64,000 bases of DNA from an uncultured bacterium (GTDB taxonomy: Bacteria > Oederibacteriota > JAAXVQ01 > JAUVAV01), in assembly GCA_963710755.1 (NCBI GenBank), contig CAVQBK010000001.1, positions 192,001 through 256,000 of the forward strand, in the 5' to 3' direction. The notes below the pieces were generated by a model that saw only the letters and a program-made list of their open reading frames with translations, was not told where the DNA came from and did not search any database. Below are positions 21,185-30,996 of this stretch, one piece after another. The position numbers and the translations under genes were made by a program. The stretch's first letter is position 1. Each line of letters starts with the position of its first letter.

Positions 21185-21673
21185 ATGGATCAGGACGTTT
21201 ATCTTGACATCGAAACCTCCTACAGCGGGCAAATCACTATTGTTGGACTCTTTAAGCCCGCGCACCAACAAACCATCCAACTGGTCGCCCCGGACATTAC
21301 TTCCTTGGGCTTATTGCAAGTCCTTGATGATGTGGGTGTCATCAAGACTTACAATGGGGCGCGCTTTGATTTACCTGTGATCAAGCGGCAACTCGGACTG
21401 GATTTAAGCGCCTTATTCACGCACCGTGATTTAATGTATCTCTGTTGGCAACATGGTTACAAAGGTGGACTAAAAGCCGTGGAACAGCAACTTCACATTG
21501 TGCGCCCAAGCCAAGGCATAGATGGCCATCAAGCCATGGCGTTATGGAGACGTTGGTGGGAATTCCGGGATCACCAAGCCCTGGCGTCCTTATTACAGTA
21601 CAATCAGGATGACGTAGAATTGCTTGCTCAAGTGGAAGAACGGCTTCTAAAGCTTCAGGAAAAACGCTTATAA
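21185..21673 (+). CDS. RNase H-like (YprB/RNase_H_2-type) exonuclease domain protein
   Basis: YLDIET, TYNGARFDLP, GGLKAVE, YNQDDV (DEDD-type motifs). Confidence 0.85.
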   Translation: MDQDVYLDIETSYSGQITIVGLFKPAHQQTIQLVAPDITSLGLLQVLDDVGVIKTYNGARFDLPVIKRQLGLDLSALFTHRDLMYLCWQHGYKGGLKAVEQQLHIVRPSQGIDGHQAMALWRRWWEFRDHQALASLLQYNQDDVELLAQVEERLLKLQEKRL

Positions 21674-21744
21674 TTTAAATTCTTTTTTGATTTTTGCATT
21701 AATTATGTTATTTTATAGTAACTTGGCCAAGAAAGAGGAATGGA

Positions 21745-22572
21745 ATGAAGTCACTTCTCCAAAAGTCCACTCTGGAAACAATTGAACATCGGTTGGAAGC
21801 AGCTACACGCCTGCTGTTATTCGTCGATTTCGATGATATACTTATGCCCGCAGCCTCAAAAGGACTGTCCATGCCTCTCACTGATGATGACCGCGAATTT
21901 TTTCGTGAAATTTCCGAAAAAACCACCATCAGCTTAGCCTTCACCAGCAATCTTTCCATGACGGAGTTAAAACGCCTCATTGGATTCAGTGGTATTTACT
22001 TGATTGCCAATAATGGACTGGAAATCTCCGGTCCTGATCTAAATGTGGTGCATGGTGAAGCAAAAAAAGCAAGAAGGATCCTGGAACCGGTGGTGCGCAG
22101 CCTGGAAAACAATCTTAAAGAATTGCCCGGTATAGTCTTGGACAATCGCCATTATTCTTTGGCCTTAAACATGGCCAATGCCCGGGCTTCGGTACAGCGA
22201 AAAGCCAGAATTCTTACAGAACAGGTTTGGACCGCAGTAATGGACAACTTCACCTTACTGGAAACACGTCACGAGTTGGTGCTGCGTCCCAGAATTGGGT
22301 GGGGGAAAAACCGGGCTGTCATGTTCATATGGAATAAATTTGCCTCACCCCGGCGGCGACCCTTGGTCATGTATGTTGGCAGTGATGATTTGGATGAAGA
22401 TATTTTTACCATGATGGGCAAAGAAGGTATTGGCATCGTGGTCGGAGGTACAGCCCGGGTAGAGCGCTCCAAAGCGGGTTATATGCTAAAAAACCGGGCG
22501 GAAGTCTATCGGTACATCGACTGGTTGAAGAAAAATGCTTCCCGTATCAAAGCGCCGGGAATGTCCGTATAA
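21745..22572 (+). CDS. Divergent trehalose-6-phosphate phosphatase (OtsB)-like HAD protein
   Basis: LLFVDFDD motif I, NNGLE, LRP..GWGK.RAV, YVGSDDLDEDIF, GIVVG...A.Y.L; several canonical residues altered. Confidence 0.75.
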   Translation: MKSLLQKSTLETIEHRLEAATRLLLFVDFDDILMPAASKGLSMPLTDDDREFFREISEKTTISLAFTSNLSMTELKRLIGFSGIYLIANNGLEISGPDLNVVHGEAKKARRILEPVVRSLENNLKELPGIVLDNRHYSLALNMANARASVQRKARILTEQVWTAVMDNFTLLETRHELVLRPRIGWGKNRAVMFIWNKFASPRRRPLVMYVGSDDLDEDIFTMMGKEGIGIVVGGTARVERSKAGYMLKNRAEVYRYIDWLKKNASRIKAPGMSV

Positions 22573-22714
22573 ATCTTCTTGATCACCAGCAACAACGCAT
22601 AAAAAATTATAACTAAGGGCCTTTCGGCTAAACAAGGTGCGTTATCGCCGGGACGGCCAATTTGTGTGCACAAGGTATCGCTAAAATAGTTAGGAACCAA
22701 ACTAAGGAGCCCAC

Positions 22715-23890
22715 ATGGACGAGCTTGTACATACCCTAATAACCTTGTTTATCATCATCCTATCTGCCCGTATTGTGGGCGAACTTTTCGAAAGAATTCA
22801 GCAGCCAGCCGTAGTCGGAGAGTTGTTAATTGGTATGCTTATTGGTCCCCATGCCCTGGGTTTGGTGCACGAAAGTGAGATTGTGGCCATTATTGCCGAA
22901 CTGGCGGTGATATTCCTGCTCTTTCAAGTCGGGCTGGAAACCAAACTTTCTGAAATGTTGAAAGTAGGTAAAAATTCTTTCTGGGTGGCGCTTTTAGGGG
23001 TGATTTTACCCTTCGTCGCAGGCTATGCTTATTTGACAGCCTTGCATCATGATTACAAAGTTGCCCTGTTTTTAGGCGCCGCTATGGTGGCCACGTCGGT
23101 AGGTATCACGGCACGGGTTTTGGCGGATTTGAAATTTCTGCAAAGTACGGAAAGCCGGATTATTTTGGGAGCTGCCGTAATTGACGATGTCATGGGCATG
23201 ATCGTCCTGGCTATGGTCTCCGGCCTGACCCAAGGAGAATTCTCCATGTTGGGGTTGATTAGGATCACCGCGCAGGCGGTTCTTTTCGTGGTGTTGGTGG
23301 TGGGTATAGGCACATTGCTGACTTCACGTTTTGGCTATCTAATGGAAAAATTCAAGAGTCGCAATATGCCTTTTATCATCGCCATAGCTAGTTGTCTGGG
23401 CCTGGCGGCGTTTGCTCAAAGTATCGGTTTGGCCGCTATTATCGGCGCTTTTCTGGCGGGGATGGTGTTTGCCGAAAACAGCGAAGCCTTTCAATTGCAT
23501 CACAAGATTCAGCCAATGAATGACTTTTTAGTTCCGATCTTTTTTGTGGTAATGGGGACTAATGTGGACGTTAAACTGTTTACTTCTTTGCCCATCCTCA
23601 TCATGGCGTTGATTGTCACGTTAATGGCGGTGGTCACCAAATTGGTGGGTTGCGGCTTGGCAGTAATCAAGCAGCGTCTGGCAACCAGTATGGTGGTTGG
23701 TGTGGGTATGGTCCCGAGAGGGGAAGTGGGCTTGATCATTGCAGCTATCGGTGCCAAGATGGGCATATTTCCCGATGATATCTATGCAGTTATTGTCTTC
23801 ATGTGCATGGCTACTACCTTGTTAATGCCGCCTTTTATGAAAATGGCGGTGCAGCACAAAGTTAAAAACGTGGTCACTGGTAAAGGTTAA
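22715..23890 (+). CDS. CPA2-family cation:proton antiporter (NapA/KefB-like)
   Basis: QPAVVGELLIG, LLFQVGLET, ATSVGIT, AAVIDDV, IIGAFLAG, GMVPRGEVG; highly hydrophobic. Confidence 0.93.
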   Translation: MDELVHTLITLFIIILSARIVGELFERIQQPAVVGELLIGMLIGPHALGLVHESEIVAIIAELAVIFLLFQVGLETKLSEMLKVGKNSFWVALLGVILPFVAGYAYLTALHHDYKVALFLGAAMVATSVGITARVLADLKFLQSTESRIILGAAVIDDVMGMIVLAMVSGLTQGEFSMLGLIRITAQAVLFVVLVVGIGTLLTSRFGYLMEKFKSRNMPFIIAIASCLGLAAFAQSIGLAAIIGAFLAGMVFAENSEAFQLHHKIQPMNDFLVPIFFVVMGTNVDVKLFTSLPILIMALIVTLMAVVTKLVGCGLAVIKQRLATSMVVGVGMVPRGEVGLIIAAIGAKMGIFPDDIYAVIVFMCMATTLLMPPFMKMAVQHKVKNVVTGKG

Positions 23891-23935
23891 TCCTGAAACA
23901 CCATCCAATGCCTGAAGTTATGAGGTTGATTTATA

Positions 23936-26900
23936 ATGGAGAATAGAATCAAACCGAAAAAACACTTTCTCCTCTTTGTGTTGATGTCCTTGATGGTAGT
24001 AGCGGTCAGCGGGCCACGAATAATTCAGGCAGAAATGATGCCTGATCAGCTTTTTCAATTTGCATTCACCCTCTTTCAGAATCATACCTTCGGTCTTTCC
24101 CGTGACCAATTCCGCAAATATCTACAATCCTATCCCGACCAGGCTAAAGCCGGTGACGCCCAGTATTTAATTGCCTTGAGTTATTATGAAGAAGGCCAAT
24201 ATAAACAAGCCGCCCTGAACTATCAACGAGTGGTAGATTACTACAACTTGACCCGGTATTTGCCGGAAGCACGATATCAATTGGCCCGTTGTTTAATTCA
24301 TCTGCATCAGTACAACGAGGCTGCCCGGCAACTCAGCTTTTTTTTAGAGAATTTTCCCAACCACCCCCTGTTGGCGGAAGCTACGTATTGGCTGGCGGAA
24401 GCCACCTTCCAAACCAAGGATTACGCCAAGGCCCTGAGTATTTACCAATCCTTCAGCCAGCAATTTTCAAATCACTCCCTTTACCCTTATGCTGTATATT
24501 CCAGCGGCTGGATTTGCTATACCCTGGCCAAACAAATGATGAAACACGATAGTACCGATCAGGAGACCATGGCCAATAAAAGTACTGGTTACTTCGAGGC
24601 GCTGCTCAAGACCACACCTGACTTTGTTCTCGCGCCGGAAGCTCACTACTATTGCGGAGAAGATTATTTGATTCTAAACCAGCCGTCCCTGGCTGCCGGT
24701 CATTTTCGCAAAGTCCTGAAGCTTTACGCCCGGCATCCCTTGGCGGTATATAGCCAATACGGCTTGGGCCTATCCCAATTGATGGCGCAGACGCCGGCTG
24801 ATGCTGAAAAAACCTTCGAGCAACTGATTAAATCCCACCCCCAACATGCCTTGGTGCCTTTGACCACTTTTCGTCTGGGCATGGCCATGGCCAATCAGCA
24901 TCATTTTGATGAAGCAGTCTCCGTTCTCGTTAATGTCAGCAGGCGCTATCCCAAGGATGAGATTGTCCCCAGGGCCACTTATTTGGCGGCGTGGTGCAGG
25001 TTACAGCAACAAGACTATAATAAAGCCATACTTTTATTCCAGGCCATGATGGATCAGAATCCCAGCGACAGTCTGGCGGCCCAGGGACTTTATATGATGG
25101 GGAATGCCTTCTACAAATTGAATCGCTATGATTCCGCCTCCAAGGTTTATCAGGATGTCTATGCCAACTATTCTGGTTCACTGTGGGGACCGCGGTCCCT
25201 CTTTTGGACTGCCTGGTGTGAACTTAAATTAGGTCGCTTAAGCGAGGCCAAAGACGCCTTCCAACGTTTTGTAACCAACTACCCCAAACACGATTTGGCC
25301 CCGGAAGCTCAGTTGCGTCTGGGTGATACCTATTATCAAATGAATATGGATGAACAGGCTCAGGCTGCTTACGCCCTCGTTTTGAAAAAATATCCACTGG
25401 GCCGGGAAGCCGCACTGGCTCAATCCGGCCTAGGCTGGATTGCCTTTCGGGCCAACCGATACGACGAAGCGGAAAAGGCATTCAAGAAAATCATTCTTCT
25501 CTATCCCGCTGGGCCGGTGCAGGCCGATGCGTTGATGCGTTTAGGCGACATCGCCTTCAATGAAAAAGCCTATGCCGCGGCCGATGATTATTACAGCCGG
25601 GTGATCAATCGCTATCAGGGTCGGCCCGACTATGCCGAAGCCTTGTATCAAAGCGGTTGGTGTGCTTATAGAATGGAACAATTTGACCGCGCCAAAGAAC
25701 GGTGGAAAACCTTGCGCAGTCAACTGCCTGAGGATCCCCAAGCGGGCGAAGCCATTTATTGGACAGGATGGGCGGCTTTTCGTCAGGGTGATTACATGGA
25801 AGCCATCAAATATTATCAGGATATGATCAGTCACTATCGCCAAAGTCATTTACTGAGCGATGCCGAACTGCGTATTGCCAATTGTTACTACAATGAAAAA
25901 AAATACAAAACGGCGATTGCCAAATATCAGGGCTTCGTGAAAAAACACCCCAATGACCCTTTGTTACCCGATGCTTTGTACGGCATTCAATGGTCTTATT
26001 ACCAATTAGGTAATTACAACAAAGCTATCGAGACGTCCAAGCAGTTTGTTAAACAATACCCTTTGAGTCCGCTCTCTGCAGATGTTCAATATCGCATTGC
26101 CGAGCACTATTATAACCGTAAAGATTACAAGCGCGCTCTTAAGGAGTTTCAGGACGTAATTCAGAAGTATCCTCAGAATCCTCTGGTGGTCAATGCCTTA
26201 TACTGGTCGGCCTGGGCTTATTTCAAAGAGCGGGATTACCGGGAAGCCCTAACTCATTTTCGCAAGGTCCATGACGACTTCACTCAACAACCTCTAGCGC
26301 CCAAAGCCTATTTTTGGATGGGTACCTGTTTTTATCAAATGAAGGAATATGATCAAGCTATTCATATATTTGATGATTTTGTAGTCCAATACCCCGATCA
26401 TCAACTGGGGGCAGATGCACGCTTCAACAAGGCTATGGCCTTTAAACGTCTGGGTCTGGACCAGGAAGCCAAGCAGGCTTACCTGGAGGTAGTGGATCAC
26501 TATCCACAAACCTCCATGGCTTACAAGGCACAAATGCATATTGCCTATATTTTGCAAGACGCCAAGAAAAATGAGGAAGCTAAAGAGGCGTATCGTCAGT
26601 TGGTTAAAACAGCACCGGCCAAATATGCCGCGGAAGCCCAATTTTGGATCGGTGATATTAGCCAATCTCAAAATAATTTCAAAACCGCAGTAGACGATTA
26701 TTTAAAAGTGGCCAATTCTTATCCTCGGGAACAGCGTTGGTCCATGACCGCTTTGGCCAGAGTCGCCGAAATTCACGAAAAGACAGGGGAATTCGAAGCA
26801 GCTATTGGCATTTATGAGCGCATCAGCCGTTCCAGCAAAGACAAACGCTGGAAAAAATCGGCGCGGGCCCGCATAGCCTTAATTAAGGAAAAACTGGCTA

Positions 26901-26962
26901 CTCTGGACGCGATTCCCATGAGTGCGCCTACCAGCTCACCTGAACCAAAGGATGAACACTAA
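23936..26962 (+). CDS. Large secreted tetratricopeptide-repeat protein (YfiO/YbgF-type repeats)
   Basis: Signal peptide followed by roughly 25 repeats of ~37 aa of the form YP...A..A.Y..G..Y. Confidence 0.9.
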   Translation: MENRIKPKKHFLLFVLMSLMVVAVSGPRIIQAEMMPDQLFQFAFTLFQNHTFGLSRDQFRKYLQSYPDQAKAGDAQYLIALSYYEEGQYKQAALNYQRVVDYYNLTRYLPEARYQLARCLIHLHQYNEAARQLSFFLENFPNHPLLAEATYWLAEATFQTKDYAKALSIYQSFSQQFSNHSLYPYAVYSSGWICYTLAKQMMKHDSTDQETMANKSTGYFEALLKTTPDFVLAPEAHYYCGEDYLILNQPSLAAGHFRKVLKLYARHPLAVYSQYGLGLSQLMAQTPADAEKTFEQLIKSHPQHALVPLTTFRLGMAMANQHHFDEAVSVLVNVSRRYPKDEIVPRATYLAAWCRLQQQDYNKAILLFQAMMDQNPSDSLAAQGLYMMGNAFYKLNRYDSASKVYQDVYANYSGSLWGPRSLFWTAWCELKLGRLSEAKDAFQRFVTNYPKHDLAPEAQLRLGDTYYQMNMDEQAQAAYALVLKKYPLGREAALAQSGLGWIAFRANRYDEAEKAFKKIILLYPAGPVQADALMRLGDIAFNEKAYAAADDYYSRVINRYQGRPDYAEALYQSGWCAYRMEQFDRAKERWKTLRSQLPEDPQAGEAIYWTGWAAFRQGDYMEAIKYYQDMISHYRQSHLLSDAELRIANCYYNEKKYKTAIAKYQGFVKKHPNDPLLPDALYGIQWSYYQLGNYNKAIETSKQFVKQYPLSPLSADVQYRIAEHYYNRKDYKRALKEFQDVIQKYPQNPLVVNALYWSAWAYFKERDYREALTHFRKVHDDFTQQPLAPKAYFWMGTCFYQMKEYDQAIHIFDDFVVQYPDHQLGADARFNKAMAFKRLGLDQEAKQAYLEVVDHYPQTSMAYKAQMHIAYILQDAKKNEEAKEAYRQLVKTAPAKYAAEAQFWIGDISQSQNNFKTAVDDYLKVANSYPREQRWSMTALARVAEIHEKTGEFEAAIGIYERISRSSKDKRWKKSARARIALIKEKLATLDAIPMSAPTSSPEPKDEH

Positions 26963-26965
26963 CCC

Positions 26966-28741
26966 ATGAAGCTTGGAATAACGCGATTTATCATCTGCAT
27001 AGTGCTCCTGGCGCCGTTCTGGCCTCAGGCAACACATGCCATTGACCGGGATGAAGATTTGTCCGGAGCCCAGGAGAACATGGAACCCAAATCCTATCAT
27101 GGTCTGGATCAGGAACCGCAGCGGCAAAAAGCAGGGAAAGATCAAAAACGCCCCACTTTAAAACTTCCCGAAGTCATTGTGAAAGGAGAGCGGCAATATC
27201 GCGTTTCAGCTGAAAAAAAAGAACTGCTCGATATTGATCCTATGAAAGCAACCAAGGATGTACCGGAAGATTTGAGTAAAGTTGCCATTCCCGGTCTGAA
27301 AGATGAAAAAAACACGCCGCAATCCACCACCATTACCTCGAAAAACTACGTGTTGCGCTTAGAAGGCGTTGGTGGCAACCACGACCAATTGCGAGGGGAA
27401 GTAATCGCCGGCTATGAGAACAACAGCTTTGATTCAGTTCTGCGTTCTCAATATAATGCAATCTCACTGCCGAAAGTTTTTGGGTTTGTTCCCTTGGATC
27501 AAAAGGCAGAGTTAACCCTTAGCAACCGGTTTAAACCAACGCCACAATGGCAGCTCAGTCTGGATCTCGAGGGCGACACCAGTGCGCACAGTTCCCCTCC
27601 TGTTCCGGAGAGTTTAGGAGACTGGGTTCGCGATCAGAACGGCTCGTTCGCGCTTAAAAATAAGATTGAATTAAATCCCCAGACCTTGATCACCCTTGAT
27701 CTGGCCGCTTCCCAGTACCGGCTTTATAGCGGGCCCTGGCATTTCCAAAATGATCAACTGCGCCAAGCCAATCTGGCGCAAGGTCATGTGAATGTGGACA
27801 TCACCGTGCCCTTCCTTAATCAACATGACTTGAACGTGTTGGCGGAGGGGACTTTGACTTCCCAAAGCCTGCAGGAAAACGGGCCTACCGGAACCTACGG
27901 ATCATTGGATGAACGTTTCAGCACCATTAAAGTACGCACCCGTTACCAGCCCTTGTCTTTAATCACCTTGGATCTGGGTGTCAAACTGGATCAGTTAAAC
28001 CGCTCGTTAGGTGTCATTGCCGATCAAAACATTATTGGTCAAGTGGATTTGGTATTTCCCTGGGGAACCACGCTCTACACACGTCTTGATGGCGGCTTGA
28101 ATTGGATCAATGCCCGCGATCTCATTCCCGAGCCCTTGCGGATAACCTGGCAATCATTGACCAGTAATGCTCCGGTACAACCGGAAAGACTTAAAGATCA
28201 GCTCGAAGTCGGCTGGCGTCAAAAGGTAACCGATGAGCTGACCCTTGATCTGAGCTGGAAGAAAAAGACTATTGATCATTACTTGGTCTGGACCAATGAA
28301 ACAGGGTTGCCCTTATTTTCATTTCGCCAGATTAACGATGTCAGCATAAACCAGGCTGCGTTTAGCCTCCAGGTGCATCCGCAGGGGTCCATAACCATGG
28401 ACTTGGGAATGGATTACAACGAAGGGCAATGGGGAGTTAACCATCAGGCTATACCTTATCTTCCGCTGTGGCAAGGGCATGCCGGTGTGACCTGGGAAAA
28501 TAATCCCTGGACAATATCGTTACTCTATCACTATAGTGATGCCAGGTGCGCCTCGTTGAGCAATCCAAGCGTCCAACTTAAAGCTGTTCATTTGCTGGGT
28601 TTAAAAGCCAATTACCAGTTGACCTCCAAGTTGGACCTCCTTTTGGAGATGGATAATTTACTCAGCTATAATTGGGAAAAATGGAGAGGTTACCCGGAGC
28701 CCGGACTCTCTCTGGCCCTGGGCTTGCGGATGACGTTTTAG
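26966..28741 (+). CDS. TonB-dependent-receptor-like outer membrane beta-barrel (short)
   Basis: Signal peptide, TonB-box-like LPEVIVKGE, alternating beta-strand pattern, TBDT-like end DNLL...GYPEPGLSLALGLRMTF with terminal Phe. Confidence 0.75.
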   Translation: MKLGITRFIICIVLLAPFWPQATHAIDRDEDLSGAQENMEPKSYHGLDQEPQRQKAGKDQKRPTLKLPEVIVKGERQYRVSAEKKELLDIDPMKATKDVPEDLSKVAIPGLKDEKNTPQSTTITSKNYVLRLEGVGGNHDQLRGEVIAGYENNSFDSVLRSQYNAISLPKVFGFVPLDQKAELTLSNRFKPTPQWQLSLDLEGDTSAHSSPPVPESLGDWVRDQNGSFALKNKIELNPQTLITLDLAASQYRLYSGPWHFQNDQLRQANLAQGHVNVDITVPFLNQHDLNVLAEGTLTSQSLQENGPTGTYGSLDERFSTIKVRTRYQPLSLITLDLGVKLDQLNRSLGVIADQNIIGQVDLVFPWGTTLYTRLDGGLNWINARDLIPEPLRITWQSLTSNAPVQPERLKDQLEVGWRQKVTDELTLDLSWKKKTIDHYLVWTNETGLPLFSFRQINDVSINQAAFSLQVHPQGSITMDLGMDYNEGQWGVNHQAIPYLPLWQGHAGVTWENNPWTISLLYHYSDARCASLSNPSVQLKAVHLLGLKANYQLTSKLDLLLEMDNLLSYNWEKWRGYPEPGLSLALGLRMTF

Positions 28742-28746
28742 CATCT

Positions 28747-28930
28747 AGTTCTTGTTGCGGAAGAGGTCTTTTCGATCTTAACATAAAAGTCCTCTTTACT
28801 TGGGAGATGCCCTTCCCGCGGGCACCCGGAGGGGATGGAGGTGAGGGATTATCTTTACCCTTTCACCCCAACCCTCTCCCCAAATTTCGGGGGAGAGGGA
28901 AAAGGGAAATGGCCCTTTCCGCAACAGGAA
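28747..28930. mobile_element. MITE-like element (copy 1) with terminal inverted repeats and internal REP-like palindromes
   Basis: Left AGTTCTTGTTGCGGAAGAGG; right CCCTTTCCGCAACAGGAA (reverse complement TTCCTGTTGCGGAAAGGG); internal CCCTCTCCCC..GGGGAGAGGG. Confidence 0.6.
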
Positions 28931-28934
28931 GAGA

Positions 28935-28961
28935 TAGGGGAACAGCGCGCCGTGCCCCTAC
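28935..28961. repeat. GTAG-type REP-like palindrome (degenerate)
   Basis: TAGGGGAACAGCGCGCCGTGCCCCTAC. Confidence 0.65.
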
Positions 28962-29001
28962 TCCATCAATATAAAAAGGTTATCTATGGGAGGCTCTAAC
29001 C

Positions 29002-29673
29002 ATGTTTGAAAATCTTAATTTTTGGCAATTGCTATCCAAAGGTGGCTGGACGATGGTAGCGTTGTTGTTGATGTCCTTGACATCTTGGTTCATCATCATT
29101 GAACGCAGCATCCGTTATAAAATGGCGGCCGTGAATATTGAACATCTGATGATCAAGGTGAAAAAGCTGGTACAGGCTGGCCGGATTGTGGATGCCGGCG
29201 ACCTTTGTCAGGAAACGCCCGGTCCAATCGCCGCAACTTTGAAAGCCGGTTTGCGCTACTATAACCGTGGGGCGGTCTCAGTTAAAGAAGCCATGGATAG
29301 GGTCAGCGCTATGGAAGTGATTCGATTGGAACATTTATTATCTCCTTTGGCCACCATAGGGTCGATTAGTCCCTTTGTGGGATTATTCGGCACTGTGCTT
29401 GGCATCATCACCGCCTTCAGTGCCCTGGCCGGTTCCACGGCTGCCGGTGCGTCAGTGGTGGCCAGCGGCATTGCCGAGGCTCTGGTAGCCACAGCTGCAG
29501 GGTTGTTTACCGCTGTACCGGCGGTAATTGCCTATAATTATTTCGTCCGGCGGGTTACCCGCTTTGATACGGAAATGGCGACCACAGCTTCCGATCTGGT
29601 GGAAACCCTGTTTGGTACTTCCGAATCGGCCCCGGTGAAACCCAATGTTATGCCGCCGGTGGAAAGGGCCTAG
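29002..29673 (+). CDS. MotA/TolQ/ExbB proton channel protein
   Basis: LATIGSISPFVGLFGTVLGI, GIAEALVATAAGL, AVIAYNYF. Confidence 0.95.
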   Translation: MFENLNFWQLLSKGGWTMVALLLMSLTSWFIIIERSIRYKMAAVNIEHLMIKVKKLVQAGRIVDAGDLCQETPGPIAATLKAGLRYYNRGAVSVKEAMDRVSAMEVIRLEHLLSPLATIGSISPFVGLFGTVLGIITAFSALAGSTAAGASVVASGIAEALVATAAGLFTAVPAVIAYNYFVRRVTRFDTEMATTASDLVETLFGTSESAPVKPNVMPPVERA

Positions 29674-29675
29674 CC

Positions 29676-30113
29676 ATGCGTCGACCCCAACAACGCAACC
29701 GGATCATGGGGGAGATTAACATCACGCCTCTGACGGATGTGATGATGGTGTTATTGGTGATCTTTATGGTCACGACACCTCTGATCATGAAGGCCAACAT
29801 CGATATTAATCTGCCCAAGGCCCACGTACAGCAGAAAACCGAGACTCAGCATATACAACTGATGCTTGATCAAAAAGGAACAGTCTATTTGGACGGGCAG
29901 TCGGTTAAGCTCGAGCAATTGCCGGCCTTGCTCTCCCAGAAACTGGCCAATCAGGCCGAAGCCAGCGTGACCGTATCCGCTGATGCTCAAGTGCCCTACG
30001 GAGAAGCTGTGAAATTACTGGACATTGCCCGACAGGCAGGCGCCAATAAATTGGTGCTGGCTGCGGAACCAATGCCTGTGAAACCCCTATCCCAGGAGAT
30101 GCTCGGAAAATGA
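29676..30113 (+). CDS. ExbD/TolR biopolymer transporter protein
   Basis: EINITPLTDVMMVLLVIFMVT (conserved TM Asp), INLP, ADAQVPYG. Confidence 0.95.
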   Translation: MRRPQQRNRIMGEINITPLTDVMMVLLVIFMVTTPLIMKANIDINLPKAHVQQKTETQHIQLMLDQKGTVYLDGQSVKLEQLPALLSQKLANQAEASVTVSADAQVPYGEAVKLLDIARQAGANKLVLAAEPMPVKPLSQEMLGK

Positions 30114-30805
30114 CTTTAGACCGTACCAGCATGACTTCTTTCAGTATTGCGGTCGTGTTGCACGCACTTTTAGCTTTTGGCCTGGGCCGATGGAGTTTGA
30201 GTCAGCAACAGCCCAGCGAAATGCCGCTGCTTATTGAAGTCACCTTGTCCGGAAGCAGCGCCCCCCGGTCCGTCAGCGAAGGTGTGAAAAACCCTGGTGC
30301 AGTTGTGGGTGCGCCCGATGAAACGGAATCGGATGAAGCCGGCATGACAGAAGCAGAGCTTCAGGCCTGGAAAACCAAGCGTCGCCGGGAAATCATGCAG
30401 GAATTGGCCAGCACCAAAAATCCTTTGATAATCGGGGAAAATCCCAAGGAAATGCGAAAAAAACAGGAACAGCTGGCCAGTGGACGCGGGGCCGGCGATT
30501 GGGGCACGCCCGGATCACCTACGGGAACGCTTAGCCTCTCCGGCGCCATTGCCTCACGAGGATATAAGGAACCTGATTTTTCAGTTTTAAAAAAAATGAT
30601 CACCGAAGAGACTCAGTTAAAAGTCACTGTAGTGGTGTTACCCAGCGGGGAGGTTAAAAAAGCCCTGCTTTATCAAACCTCGGGTTATCCTTTTGTCGAT
30701 CAAAAAGCTTTGGAACTGAGCAGTAAAATAGTTTTTGACCCCTTGCCCTCCGACTGGAAGCAGGAGGAACAACAAGGGGTTTTGACCATCAAATTAAAGT
30801 TGTAA
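30110..30805 (+). CDS. TonB/TolA-like energy transducer
   Basis: N-terminal TM helix with S-x5-H (SIAVVLH); C-terminal TonB_C-like GEV....TSG...VDQKAL......F.P; coupled to exbD. Confidence 0.8.
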   Translation: MTLDRTSMTSFSIAVVLHALLAFGLGRWSLSQQQPSEMPLLIEVTLSGSSAPRSVSEGVKNPGAVVGAPDETESDEAGMTEAELQAWKTKRRREIMQELASTKNPLIIGENPKEMRKKQEQLASGRGAGDWGTPGSPTGTLSLSGAIASRGYKEPDFSVLKKMITEETQLKVTVVVLPSGEVKKALLYQTSGYPFVDQKALELSSKIVFDPLPSDWKQEEQQGVLTIKLKL

Positions 30806-30996
30806 TTAATGAACCACCATACTTCTACCAGGGACCTTCATTAAAATCATGGCTACTCCGGAATTCGTTTCTGGGATGCCGATTATCCTCTTCTTTTTAG
30901 GGAGAGGGATAAAGCGTGAGGGTTACCTTGACTCTCCGCCATTTAGTGCGTGGTAATTTGTTTTGACAACCATTAACCTCAGTTGGTGATAAGTCT

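Noticed and set aside
28672-28974. 100-aa ORF between the barrel gene and exbB
   Set aside because: Overlaps the barrel gene end and reads through palindromic repeat DNA.
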